50,406 nt of DNA from Chara braunii (Eukaryota; Plantae; Charophyceae). The position numbers and the translations under genes were made by a program. Numbering within the stretch: the stretch's first letter is position 1; each line of letters opens with the position of its first letter. The stretch is from contig BFEA01000002.1 in the NCBI GenBank assembly GCA_003427395.1, positions 9,527,766-9,578,171 of the forward strand. Direction: 5' to 3'. The notes under the pieces were generated by a model, which saw only the letters and a list, made by a program, of their open reading frames with translations, was not told the DNA's origin and did no database searches. Shown piece after piece: positions 22,181-33,455 of this stretch.

Positions 22181-24372
22181 AGCCACCCAGAGATAGCCAC
22201 GCCCACAATAGCCAACGCTTAGAACGTTACTCGCCCGTACCGCACTAGAGGGCATAGGCCAGAACAGGACTCAGACCGTTGGGAGAATACAGCCTCAGTG
22301 TTTCCCCTCTATTCGCAGCACGTCAGCCTCACATGCTCACTCAGAAACCCAAGAGCAATCTCCCTTTATAACACCCAGTGAGGCCGCGCCCCCTGTGTTC
22401 TAAACGAGAGTCTCGAGTATCCCTTTTTAAACTTCTGCACTCTGGTTTTCTATAACTTCTATATTAATTAATTTAAAGAAAAATAGTTTACTCAAAAAGA
22501 AAATGAAAAGCGAGGCGCCAATGGTCAAATCTCATTACCACAGGCTGGACATAGTAATCCCATAATGTAATATCGACGACGCACCTTTTCACTTCAAAAG
22601 CAGACCACCGACCTACTCCTACCGGGTGCCCGTATCCGATGGTAAGGAGGGGGCTTATGACCCTCCATGCGGGGGTGATAAGCCTCCTACCGATGCGGCC
22701 GCGGGTCGCCCTTCTTTTGAGGCCCGACCACGCAGCACTCAGTCAGCACATATTCTCAGACGGAATAAGTGGGGTCGGCCAATTCGAGTCACTGCTCCAA
22801 ATTCAGACCGTTGGCTTCCCCGCGATGTGACAAGGAAGGTAAAGGAGGGCCGCGCCTGAAAACCGATAAAGTAATAATAACAAAAATATAATAATAATAA
22901 TAATAATAAATAAATAAAAATCGCAGAAAAGGAAAGATGACAGTTCAAATTTCCTCCACGAAGCAACCTCGCCTGAATAGTGGTGCGAGTCCACGCACAA
23001 GTCCAAAACCCGGCTTTCATTCTTATCCCTTCCTTTTCCTTTTTACACTTCCCTTTTTCAAGCCCCACTATATCTGCCCTCCAACATAGCTACTAGGGTC
23101 CTACCGCGCGAAGCTTAGATGCACAAATCCAGTACAGGTGATATACGAGAGGTTGGGCCTACTTAGGCCACAATACTACCGCCCGAACCGTTAGCCCCCT
23201 TACGAAAGGACAGGCCAAAAAGAGAGGAACCGTGTCAGGTATCAACCGATGGAGATATAACATAAATAATAGTAATAATAAATAATAATTAAAAAAAAAC
23301 AACTTTGAATGAATATTTAACGACGAACGACTATAGAACGTCGAGTTCTCTCGACCAGCAGCCGTCAATTCACATAGACTAGGCTCTCAACTATCATTTA
23401 TTTTCCTTTTGCATTTTCGTTTTTATTTTTATTTTCTTAGCTTTGTCTTTTTATGACAGTGACCATTGGTCTGTGTGCCCGACCCATAACTCAGTGGAAA
23501 AGAACACGGCGCGCAGTAGAAAAACTACTTCGGCTCCTTTGCCTTCGCGTCCTAGGGCAGACCCGACGGCTACCACGGTTACAGGCCGGTTGTGCTCTGC
23601 TGTACAGCAGGGCGTCGAGCCGGCATGGACCAAAGGAAGACCCTGTGGCGCACCCCTTTTGTTGAGGGCAACTCCACAGGGACCGGTCCGCACCGAGATA
23701 CAAACTGGATACTAGAAACAGCGGGCCCAAGACACGTCCATTAGACTGGAGCATCAGAGCGAGAACTGGTACCAGGCAGGGACTTGGTACATAGAGGAGG
23801 GCCGGGATACCACGCCCTCCGACAACGGGAAGGGGCAGAGAGGGGGTACGGGAGGCTGGCGCCTAGTCGGGTTGAGCCCGTTAGTCCACATGGCAAATAA
23901 TCAGGAATATTTTAACCATTCATCGCATGCATGCAATCCTAGCAATCCGATCGGAAAGGTCAGAAAGAAGAAACAAAGGGTTTGGGGAGAGAGAAAGAAA
24001 AACTTATGTGTGGCGAGATGCGGCCACTATTTCGTGCTCAGATTGCACGTGGCTTCAGGGGTAAGCCGTAGGAGTCGTGGACTCCGGGCGGGGGGGGNNN
24101 NNNNNNNNNNNNNNNNNNNNNNNNNNNNNNNNNNNNNNNNNNNNNNNNNNNNNNNNNNNNNNNNNNNNNNNNNNNNNNNNNNNNNNNNNNNNNNNNNNNN
24201 NNNNNNNNNNNNNNNNNNNNNNNNNNNNNNNNNNNNNNNNNNNNNNNNNNNNNNNNNNNNNNNNNNNNNNNNNNNNNNNNNNNNNNNNNNNNNNNNNNNN
24301 NNNNNNNNNNNNNNNNNNNNNNNNNNNNNNNNNNNNNNNNNNNNNNNNNNNNNNNNNNNNNNNNNNNNNNNN

Positions 24373-26100
24373 CTAATGGAAGAGTTCCGGAAGAAATCAT
24401 TCCAATCACGCAAGCATCATACCCATTCCATCACACACCAACTATTGACTTATTATGTAGAATCATGCACATCAAGGAAGAAGGAGAAGGAGGAATGAGA
24501 CAGAGACAGATGGGGATATCAAGATCGGAGGGAAGAGTTACACGAAGATAGGGAAAGGAAAAGAAGGTCCGACTTTACCACCGCAAAATCACACCAAAGA
24601 ATAGATTCGCAACCAAGAGGGCGCACTTGCCACCAAATTCCAACATGGCCCCGGGCCAGTCATCCACTCAACTCAAATCACCTGTCCGCATTCTGACACC
24701 GACGATCCCGGTCGTCGCGTGTCATCCTCCACCACTGCGATCGTCACCCCGCCAACTTAGTCTCGACGTGGCTTGCCTGGATCCCACAGTCCGTTGTGGC
24801 GATCTAGCGCACCGCTGACCAGTCTACAGTCAGCTCGTCAGGACTTTCCGACTCACACTGTACACATCACCTAGCCACTACTTCCCGGAAGCTGGCCGAT
24901 GAGTTGAGAGAGAGTTTTGCGGGGGCGCCAGCAGAATTTATAGTTGCGATAAGGGAGAGAGACGCGGAGAAAGGCGAAGGGTGAGGCAAAGGAGGGTATA
25001 GGAGAGTTTGAGAGTGACCGCCCGTCGAAAGCCATGTTGATCCCTCCTAACTCGACCTCAACCAATCAGAATCGTTGCGCAGTAAGAACTTACACGGCGC
25101 TTCTCCTTGGCTAGATGGGGAGAGAGGATCGACTGGGTTTTCGAGCGCGGATCTTAGAGCGGGAAGAAGAAGAGCGTGAAGGATAGCGCGAAACGGGTCC
25201 AAGATTCAGATGATCAAGAAGGAGAAAAAGGACACACACTGAGAAGGGGAGGGAAAAGCAGTTACAGAGGGGGGAGCGAGAAAGCGTGTGCGCCCGAAGA
25301 AGGACGGTGAGAGGAGCGCGGGGAGGAAGGAGGAGGGAGCTTGCTTGCATGGTGCCGATCGGAAAAAGGGGAATGGGCACCAAGACAGTTGCATTTTTTC
25401 CCAATCCTATGCTAATTCAAAAATCGAAAGCACCATATCCGCACGCAAAACAGGCGCGGGAAAGAAAGTCTTCCGTCCGTCCATATTCCTACAAGAATTT
25501 CCCAGAGTTTTCAAGGTCGAGGCCGAGAACATCCGCGCGCGGAAGGTCGCGCGGCATTCCGTTAATTCCGGGATTTCTAACTGCCGAGCCAAATTCCAAG
25601 CGCACTCGTTAAGGTGCGCGAAATTCCCAAGCCTTTTCAATCAAAACAGAAAAAAAAGGAACTGACAGATTCCCACAAGGCACCTTTAATCGGGCACAGA
25701 CAAGGGGGGGGGGAGAAGGGTCTCGGGGTCGAACTGTACACATCTGGATGCAGAGAAAACACGGGAAAAAGGAGGGGTCGGAAAGATGGCGCAGGTTCGG
25801 AAGCTAGTACGTTACAGACCGCTAAGTCCCAAACTTTTTCAATTGTATATTGTATGGGCTCTGTTCATGGTCATAGCTCAAGCTTGTGTCGGCTCTATCT
25901 GAACGCTTTCAAATTGCATGTTGTATTTTGAGTTGAATTTTGCGAGGTTCATTGCAGTGCAGAAGGCGGCGGTGAAAAGTCGGGGTATCCTATCTCGGAA
26001 GTTGCTGGAGATACAGCAGGCAAGAGTCTACTGTATCTGGTAAAATCTGGGAATGTCTGTGTGAGACACTGGATATCCAATGTGACATTCCCCCATACAC
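24373..26100 (-). mobile_element. Probable LTR remnant of another retrotransposon
   Basis: Minus strand GTATGGGGAA|TGTCACA at 26087 resembles a PPT/LTR start. 25590-25625 resembles 36303-36335. Non-coding. Confidence 0.3.
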
Positions 26101-26416
26101 CGCCATAGCCACCAGTGGGAATTAGGGTTACCGTAGCTACCCTGGCACGGTAACTCACGTTAACGCAGCTGCAACAACAGCGCAGAAACGTGTTCGGTCG
26201 CCCTTGCCCAAAATAGATTTTTGACTAGCCCCCTCTCCACCAACTTCTTACCCTGACCATTGTTTTTCACTCTCCTGCCCCGGGTAATTTAGAGTTATTT
26301 TCCCCCTTTTATAATAGTTCGAATTCACAGTTAGTATATCTACTGTTGACTAGTGTACTCTACAGTTCACCTACGGGGAACCTTCTTCCTTTTGTCTTTT
26401 CTTCCAGTGCCCAGGG

Positions 26417-26435
26417 AGATGTGTATAAGAGACAG
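26417..26435 (+). other. Nextera/Tn5 mosaic-end adapter (assembly artefact)
   Basis: Exact AGATGTGTATAAGAGACAG close to an N gap. Confidence 0.95.
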
Positions 26436-27219
26436 GGCTACGGGAGGCTGGCGCCTAGTCGGGTTGAGCCCGNNNNNNNNNNNNNNNNNNNNNNNNNNNN
26501 NNNNNNNNNNNNNNNNNNNNNNNNNNNNNNNNNNNNNNNNNNNNNNNNNNNNNNNNNNNNNNNNNNNNNNNNNNNNNNNNNNNNNNNNNNNNNNNNNNNN
26601 NNNNNNNNNNNNNNNNNNNNNNNNNNNNNNNNNNNNNNNNNNNNNNNNNNNNNNNNNNNNNNNNNNNNNNNNNNNNNNNNNNNNNNNNNNNNNNNNNNNN
26701 NNNNNNNNNNNNNAAGTAGAACATGTGCGAGCGACGAGAAAACAAACGGCCCGAAGTTGGTATTTACCTCGGTGGAATTGTTCATGCATGAGTTGGCCCA
26801 AATGCTTGCAACAATTCTGAGGGACGCGAGGCCCGTTTCCCCCGTGTTCACTTCAGCAATTCATTCATGGGCGTATCAACGGAGATAAGACCGTTGGTCA
26901 ATTTTTTTTACGAAGCCCTTGGTAGGCCAACCTCCCGAAGGGTATCGCGACCGCTTGTCTGCACTTTGTGGTCTATGGAGAGGGACTACCGGTATTAGCC
27001 ACATGGTCCTTGCGGAGCGAGTACCGTACCTGGCGTACCAGTAGCACAGAGTCGTTGGCATGCATATACATAATAATGAATGAACAGTTAGAGAGAAGGG
27101 CGTAGTAGCGAAGTAGATGGTGGGAGTGGGAGGAGGGGGAGTTTACAAGTGAGCCGCGTCGTGGTACTTTTCGCGCCGCGCTGCGCCGCCACCACCATCG
27201 CCATCAACCTTTTTGGTGC

Positions 27220-27648
27220 ATGCCGTGTACGGAAGTTGCTTCGTGTGCGGTTGTACGAGCTTCGTCCACGTGGCAAGTTATGGCTGTGGCTATGGCGGCG
27301 TGCTCCTCCTCCTCCTCCTCCGCATGTCGTGCGCTGTCGCACGCGCACGACTTGGGCGGGCGGACTGATAGGACGGCAGGCGGAAGCGTGGGGGAAAGAG
27401 CAGGCGGGGGAAGCGCTGGAGCTAGAGAATGGAGGGCCGCTTCTTCTCGTTCTGGTGATGGGCTGCGACCTGCTTCTTCTTCTTCTTCTTCTTCTTCATC
27501 TTCTTCAATGCTGGTCATGCGTGCGCGATGGAGAAATGCCAGCAGGATTGACGGTGCGGCTAGACGGTGCATTGACAACGTGCCACGTGGATCCTTTCTT
27601 GCTGGATATGGTGCCGTCAAGCTGGATCGCAACTCCGCACTCTCGCAG
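27220..27648 (+). CDS. Possible first coding exon of a host gene (Ser/Ala/Arg-rich, transit-peptide-like)
   Basis: ATG ORF MPCTEVAS...MAACSSSSSSACR ends at a CAG|GTTCGT donor followed by pyrimidine-rich intron-like DNA. No recognisable domain. Confidence 0.35.
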
Positions 27649-28084
27649 GTTCGTATGCGGCCGTTGTACCTCCGCCTCCTCTTGGTCTCCTCCCCAGCCT
27701 CCCTCCCTCCCTCCCCGTCCTCCTCAACTACGGCTCTCCTCTCTTCTCCTTTTCCCTTCTCGTCTTCTTTTTCTTCTTCCTAAACTTTTTCTTCTTCCCC
27801 CGTCCTCGTCGATGTCATTATGAATCCAGATCTTTCTTGTTTTCTTGTTTTGTTTATTTATTTATTTATTCTTTTTTAATTTGTCTTCCTCTCATTGTCA
27901 TTTCACGGGTGTCGGAAGGGTTATTTATTTATTTTCTGTTGGCCTTATGCGCTCCCTTGCACTTCCTCCTTTCTTCTTTCCTCAAATGTCCCGGGTTATT
28001 TATTTATTCTCTGTTGACCTTATGTGCTCCCTTGCACTTCGTCCTTTCTTCTTTCCTCAAATGTCCCAGTCCCTTCTTACGTCC

Positions 28085-28086
28085 TC

Positions 28087-28121
<35 letters not shown>

Positions 28122-28420
28122 CACACACACATTACACACACACACCCCCTCACATTACGCACACAAAGAAACCCACACACGCACACACAGAGACACAGAC
28201 ACACAGAGACACAGACACACAGACACACAGACACAGACACAGACAGACACACACGGACACACACACACACCGACACACACAGACACACACAGACACACAC
28301 AGACACACGGACACACACGGACACACACGGAGACACACGGACACACACACACACATAGACACACATAGACACACACAGACACACACAGACACACAGACAC
28401 ACACAGACACACACACACAG
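28085..28420. repeat. Compound (CT)n/(CA)n/(CAGACA)n microsatellite
   Basis: Read directly. Confidence 0.95.
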
Positions 28421-28756
28421 ACTTGTCTGCTCCTTTTCCCGCCTGTTTGCTGCCTTGTCCATCCATTTCTGTCCCCTTCTCTTCCCCTCTCTCCCCCTCT
28501 CTCCCGCGCTCTTCAGATCCTTCTACCACTGATTCTTGTCCCGAATCGGAGCTGTGTGTGATTGATGGTCAGCCCATCGGGGTTCGATCCCTTCCCGACA
28601 TCACTGGAGAGTTATATCCGAAGAGGAGGACGTTTTCGTTTCATGGTTGAATATCCCTATGTGAAGGGGGGGGGGAGGAGGGAGAGGGGGGGAAGAAGCG
28701 GAATTTCCTGTGTCCTTCTCCTTTAAGGGTTGTTTTTGCTTTCGGCTGACCGCAGC

Positions 28757-28787
<31 letters not shown>

Positions 28788-29509
28788 ACCTACCACATTT
28801 TTTATATGTTCGAAAAGTACACTATAATACTCTTTCTCTCAAATTCTTTCTCATCTTTCAGGACCTACCTACCACTACTCCTAAGGCTGTACAGGGGACC
28901 CCTGCAAGCATAGCTATCTACCTCTCGTGGTGAAGGGAGGTTACCTCCTCTCTCGCTGGAGGGTCCACTTTTGCATTTTGGCTAGCTGGTTTTGGGACTT
29001 ATAAAAAAGAAAGCAGAAATTAGAAGAAGATTTGAGGCCCGTGGCTCTGGGAGGGACGAGGTGAGAGTTGGCTGCCTAGATTCGATGATCCGCTTTTTGT
29101 TTTTTTTTGGGTAATAAATCGGTTTGACTGTGATCGGTTCTGACGGTCAGCGTGCGGCGAAAACGTGTTCTGCATCCGACATTCTCTTTTTTTTTTTTTT
29201 TTTTTTTGATGTTTTGTTATTTATACGAAACTGGGAAGCGGGCCCGGCGTTTCTTACAAGAACAGCAGCCCCGGTTCCGGATCCGGCTTTTTTTTTTTTT
29301 TCCCCACCCATTCGAGTTCATGGGATACGCACATGTAACTGTCAAAAAAAAGAAAAAAAAGAAGAAGTTAACTTCGTAATTACAGTAGTTCAAATCCGGC
29401 TTGGATTATGTGGATAGCCTCACTCGCCGCTAATCCGGCTTGGATTATGTGGATAGCCTCACTAAAGTTAGGGGCTCTAACCCCTCCCTCTCCCTCACCC
29501 CCCTCTCAA

Positions 29510-29553
<44 letters not shown>

Positions 29554-29575
29554 TATTATTATTATTATTATTATT
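29510..29575. repeat. (TTA)n microsatellite
   Basis: Read directly. Confidence 0.95.
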
Positions 29576-29800
29576 TTTAATCACTCGCCGCTTTGCCGCT
29601 CTCCCGGTTTCCCGTTTTCACGCTGCCGCTGGCGGCTCTCGTAAATTTTAGCGAAAATGCCGACAAACGGGTGAAAAAATAAATGGAACTTTTTTTTTCC
29701 ATCTTTTAAGAGTACCTTAGTAGTGTTAGGTTGGTAGTAAAACGTTAGTTAAAAAAAAAAAAAAAAAAACGGTGACCTACCATGTGGCTGAATGAATGCT

Positions 29801-29837
<37 letters not shown>

Positions 29838-30620
29838 TCAAAATTTTTTGAATGATACACCCCTTCCATGTAGCTGTTGATAAACAGACCTACGTTCGAA
29901 TCCTGGTAATGGAAGCATATGAAGAAAATACCGTACATTCTGAATTAGCGGGGGAGGGAGAGGGGGGAGGGGGGTCAGTTCGATAATGTTAGTTCAATGC
30001 CGTCGCCGTAAAAGGGATGATTAGCATGCGGTGTCCACCACACAGCAGACGAAACGAGGAAAAAAAAAGAGATTGTATCTGGCCACCTTCTGCTGGCAAA
30101 TGCACTCGTTTTTTCTTCGTGTCGTTTGCGGTGTGGCTAGGGCCATGCTGTCGGCGCAAGGATGGCACGCACGAAGCAAGAAACTGGCTTTTTTTTTTTT
30201 TTTTTTTTTTCCCCCCACAAATTCTGAACTCCAGGTTGTGGTAGAGGTTGGATGCTAGACATTTGACAGCCACCCCCGGTTGTCGGCCATGTTTTTGGGT
30301 TATGCAGATGGTCTGTAGAGGTCCCTATTCCGTATGAGACTCCCTCCCTCCCTCCCTCCCGCCCTCCCGCCCTCCCGCCCGCGCGCGTCATTTTCTCCCT
30401 TGCGCACCCCTACTCCCACAATCCTACCTCAGTGTTTACAGCTCACGGTTCTTTACGGGGACGCCTTTCTCTTCTCATTGTCAGTCCAAACCTCTCTTTT
30501 ACCCGAGCGTTGTTGGCCTCGTGGCTGGCTGCATGGGTGCATTTTGCGAGCCAGCGGCTGTTGGGTGATAAACAGGTCATGAGTTCGAACCCTATGATTG
30601 GTAACTTTGGGGGCTAACTG

Positions 30621-30727
30621 ACCTTCTTCCCCCGAATACAACGTACGGTCATTATAGCGGTATTTGGAGTATCTTTCAGTCTAAATACAGCTATAAAGAC
30701 CGTACGTTGTATTCGGGGGAAGAAGGT
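30621..30727. mobile_element. ~110-bp palindromic MITE (Tc1/mariner-like family)
   Basis: Perfect 30-bp terminal inverted repeat ACCTTCTTCCCCCGAATACAACGTACGGTC. Confidence 0.75.
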
Positions 30728-31367
30728 AACGTTCTCCAACCAAGAAAAAAATACACCTGGAGTAGACATGGCAGGAGTGTGCAGAGTGGGGAAAATAGTG
30801 GCCGCAGACACAGAACAGAAGACAGAGGCCACAGAACTTATGGCAGGAGTGTGCAGAGTGGGCAAGAGAGAGGCCGCAGAACAGAAAAGAACAGAGAACA
30901 GAGAACAGAGCAGAGAAGAACAGAGAAGAAGAGAACAGAAGAGAACAGAAGAGAACAAAAGAGGGGATGGTATAGAAATCATGATGTCACTCTCTATCCG
31001 TCTTCCTTCCCCCGAACATAACGCGTATTCGTCGTGGTGGTTTCGAAAAGGAAGTGGGGACGATTCGAATAGAACGCGCAGGCGTTGTATTCGAATTTCT
31101 TGAGGGCTGTATTCGAATTTCAGGGCTGTTCGAGTTGAACGCATGTGCGTTGTATTTTAGGCTACCAGCCGGGCCGCTCTGGTCCCGGGTGGCCAGCCAG
31201 GGAAGGTCCCAGCCATAAAAAAAAATAAAAATCCAAAAAATCCGAAAAAGAACTATGTTATGCAGAAAAATAAACTGAACAACTTTTTTTTTTTTTTTTT
31301 TTTTTAAGAGAAGAGAAGAGTCATATTATACAAGCCGGGAAACGGGCCCGGCGTCCCTCACATGTAT

Positions 31368-31745
31368 TGGATTGGATTGGAAAGAGCGAAGGCTAATCAC
31401 AGCGTCGACTGAGATCAGCGGCACGCGAACCATAAGCAAGTTGCTAAAAAATACAACCCGCCAGAATATGTGAAAACTCGGAAATTACTCAGAAGTTACT
31501 CTTCTGCAACACCAAGAGTATCTCTTCGAAAGATCTGCAACAAAGCTCAAGAGGAAGCCATAGCCAGGCTAACCCTGGTGATGGCTGTCTGGCTTCCCTC
31601 GACCGGTTTCGGCTAGAGCCAGTTCTAGCCTCATCAGGAGGGGTAAGTATCCGAGGTAGGAGAAAGGAAAAGCCCTCTCTCTTAAATAGTAGCAAATGTA
31701 ACTTCTATCTAGGCATCACGTAGCTAGTAAACCACTGAGGTAAGT
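31368..31745 (-). mobile_element. Penelope-like pLTR / retrozyme-type insert
   Basis: 12-bp flanking duplication CCTCACATGTAT, (CCAAT)n 3' tail, TATTTAA upstream of an internal hammerhead. Confidence 0.6.
31596..31642 (-). ncRNA. Type I minimal hammerhead ribozyme
   Basis: CCCUC-CUGAUGA-GGCUAGA(ACUGGC)UCUAGCC-GAAA-CCGG-UC-GAGGG: complete core, 5-bp stem I, 7-bp stem II, palindromic ACCGGU stem III. Confidence 0.88.
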
Positions 31746-32873
31746 CCTCACATGTATGCTGGCGGCTCCCGGTTATGAGCGAGGCATTACCGGCCAAGCC
31801 CATATCAGGAATCGTTGAGTCCCAAAAAGGAAGAAAGCAAGAAAACAACTGCCTCAGGGTCACATCGAAATTCTTCACCAAATTTAGAATAAAAATTCAA
31901 TTTTATTTTATTTTTATTTTTATTTTCATTTTTTTTATTTATTTTTGGCCCGGCCAGGCAAGTGACCCCGGGCCACTCTGGTAGCCTAGGTTGTATTCGA
32001 ATTTTTTTTTTTTAAGGGCTGTTCTAATTGAACTTATGTTCGATTTTTTTTTTTTGAGGGCTGTTCTAATTGAACTTATGTGGTTTGTATTCGAATAGAA
32101 CGCAACCTACGCGTTCTATTCGTTGACAACTCAACGCATATATATGCATTTAGAACGCATACCCGTTGTATTCAAATTCGAGTTGAACGCCTGTGCGTTT
32201 GTATCCCAAGTGCCTACCGTCTGGTAAAATCTGGGAAAGGGCGTCGCTGCACTACTCTCGAAATGTGCAAAACGAGAGTGATTCTTCCGCTAGAATATGG
32301 AAAGATGCACCGCCATGCTTTTTTTGTGCATGTCGAGAGTGGTGCAGCGAGGCCCAAAGTCGGGGTAAGCGCTGGCTGGACCCGGTTTCCAGCAGGTGCT
32401 GGTCCCCACCAATATAGATGGAGTCCCCAGGGACAGTTACTACCGGTAGGGGCGGCTCCTCTTATCNNNNNNNNNNNNNNNNNNNNNNNNNNNNNNNNNN
32501 NNNNNNNNNNNNNNNNNNNNNNNNNNNNNNNNNNNNNNNNNNNNNNNNNNNNNNNNNNNNNNNNNNNNNNNNNNNNNNNNNNNNNNNNNNNNNNNNNNNN
32601 NNNNNNNNNNNNNNNNNNNNNNNNNNNNNNNNNNNNNNNNNNNNNNNNNNNNNNNNNNNNNNNNNNNNNNNNNNNNNNNNNNNNNNNNNNNNNNNNNNNN
32701 NNNNNNNNNNNNNNNNNNNNNNNNNNNNNNNNNNNNNNNNNNNNNNNNNNNNNNNNNNNNNNNNNNNNNNNNNNNNAAAACAAAAAAAACAAACAAACGA
32801 AAGCCAACACAGGCGTCTCTCCTTGCACAAGTTGATCTCGGAGCAGGTCCGGGAATCTCTCCCAGTGCCGCAT

Positions 32874-33135
32874 GAAGTTTCATTAACCTCTCCTTGAAGT
32901 TTCATTAACCACTCCTTGGAAGTTTCATTAACCTCTCCTTGGAAGTTTCATTAACCACTCCTTGGAAGTTTCATTAACCACTCCTTGAAGTTTCATTAAC
33001 CACTCGAAGTTTCATTAACCACTCCGTAGCGAGCATCTGGGTGATTGAGAATTTCACCTCACCACTCCTTGAAGTTTCATTAACCACTCCTTGAAGTTTC
33101 ATTAACCACTCCTCGAAGTTTCATTGACCACTCCG
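32874..33135. repeat. 22-23-bp minisatellite (GAAGTTTCATTAACCACTCCTT)
   Basis: About nine tandem units, with a related unit near 33330-33390. Confidence 0.9.
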
Positions 33136-33197
33136 TCCGTAGCGAGCATCTGCTTGATTGAGAATTTCACCTCCTCAAGGACCATAGAGGCACGGTG

Positions 33198-33230
<33 letters not shown>

Positions 33231-33404
33231 GTCTAACTGCTGAGTTCAATAGTGTCCACGAGGTCCAAAGAATGGCTCCCAGTGCCGCATGAAGTTTTTT
33301 TTTTTCTTTTTTTTTCTTTTTCTTTTTTACATAACCACTCCTTGAAGTTTCATCACCCACTCCGTAGGGAGCATCTGCTTGATTGAGAATTACCATAGGC
33401 ACGG

Positions 33405-33455
<51 letters not shown>

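Larger units (their letters stand above)
31157..31989. mobile_element. Non-autonomous hAT-like DNA transposon
   Basis: TIRs (T/C)TAGGCTACCAG and 8-bp flanking duplication GTTGTATT (31149-31156, 31990-31997). Confidence 0.65.

Noticed and set aside
23150-23220. Group II intron domain V/VI-like hairpins on the minus strand (…AACGGTTCGGGCGG…)
   Set aside because: Catalytic triad and domain V geometry do not fit; no other intron domains seen.
26417-26435. Tn5/IS50 end as horizontal transfer
   Set aside because: It is the synthetic mosaic end used in library preparation, next to a gap and a chimeric tail.
23872-32905. Long ORFs spanning N runs (24098-24372, 26473-26713, 32467-32776)
   Set aside because: Artefacts of translating assembly gaps.
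32874-33135. CRISPR-like regular repeats (also 16710-17440)
   Set aside because: Head-to-tail units without unique spacers, no cas genes, eukaryotic context.
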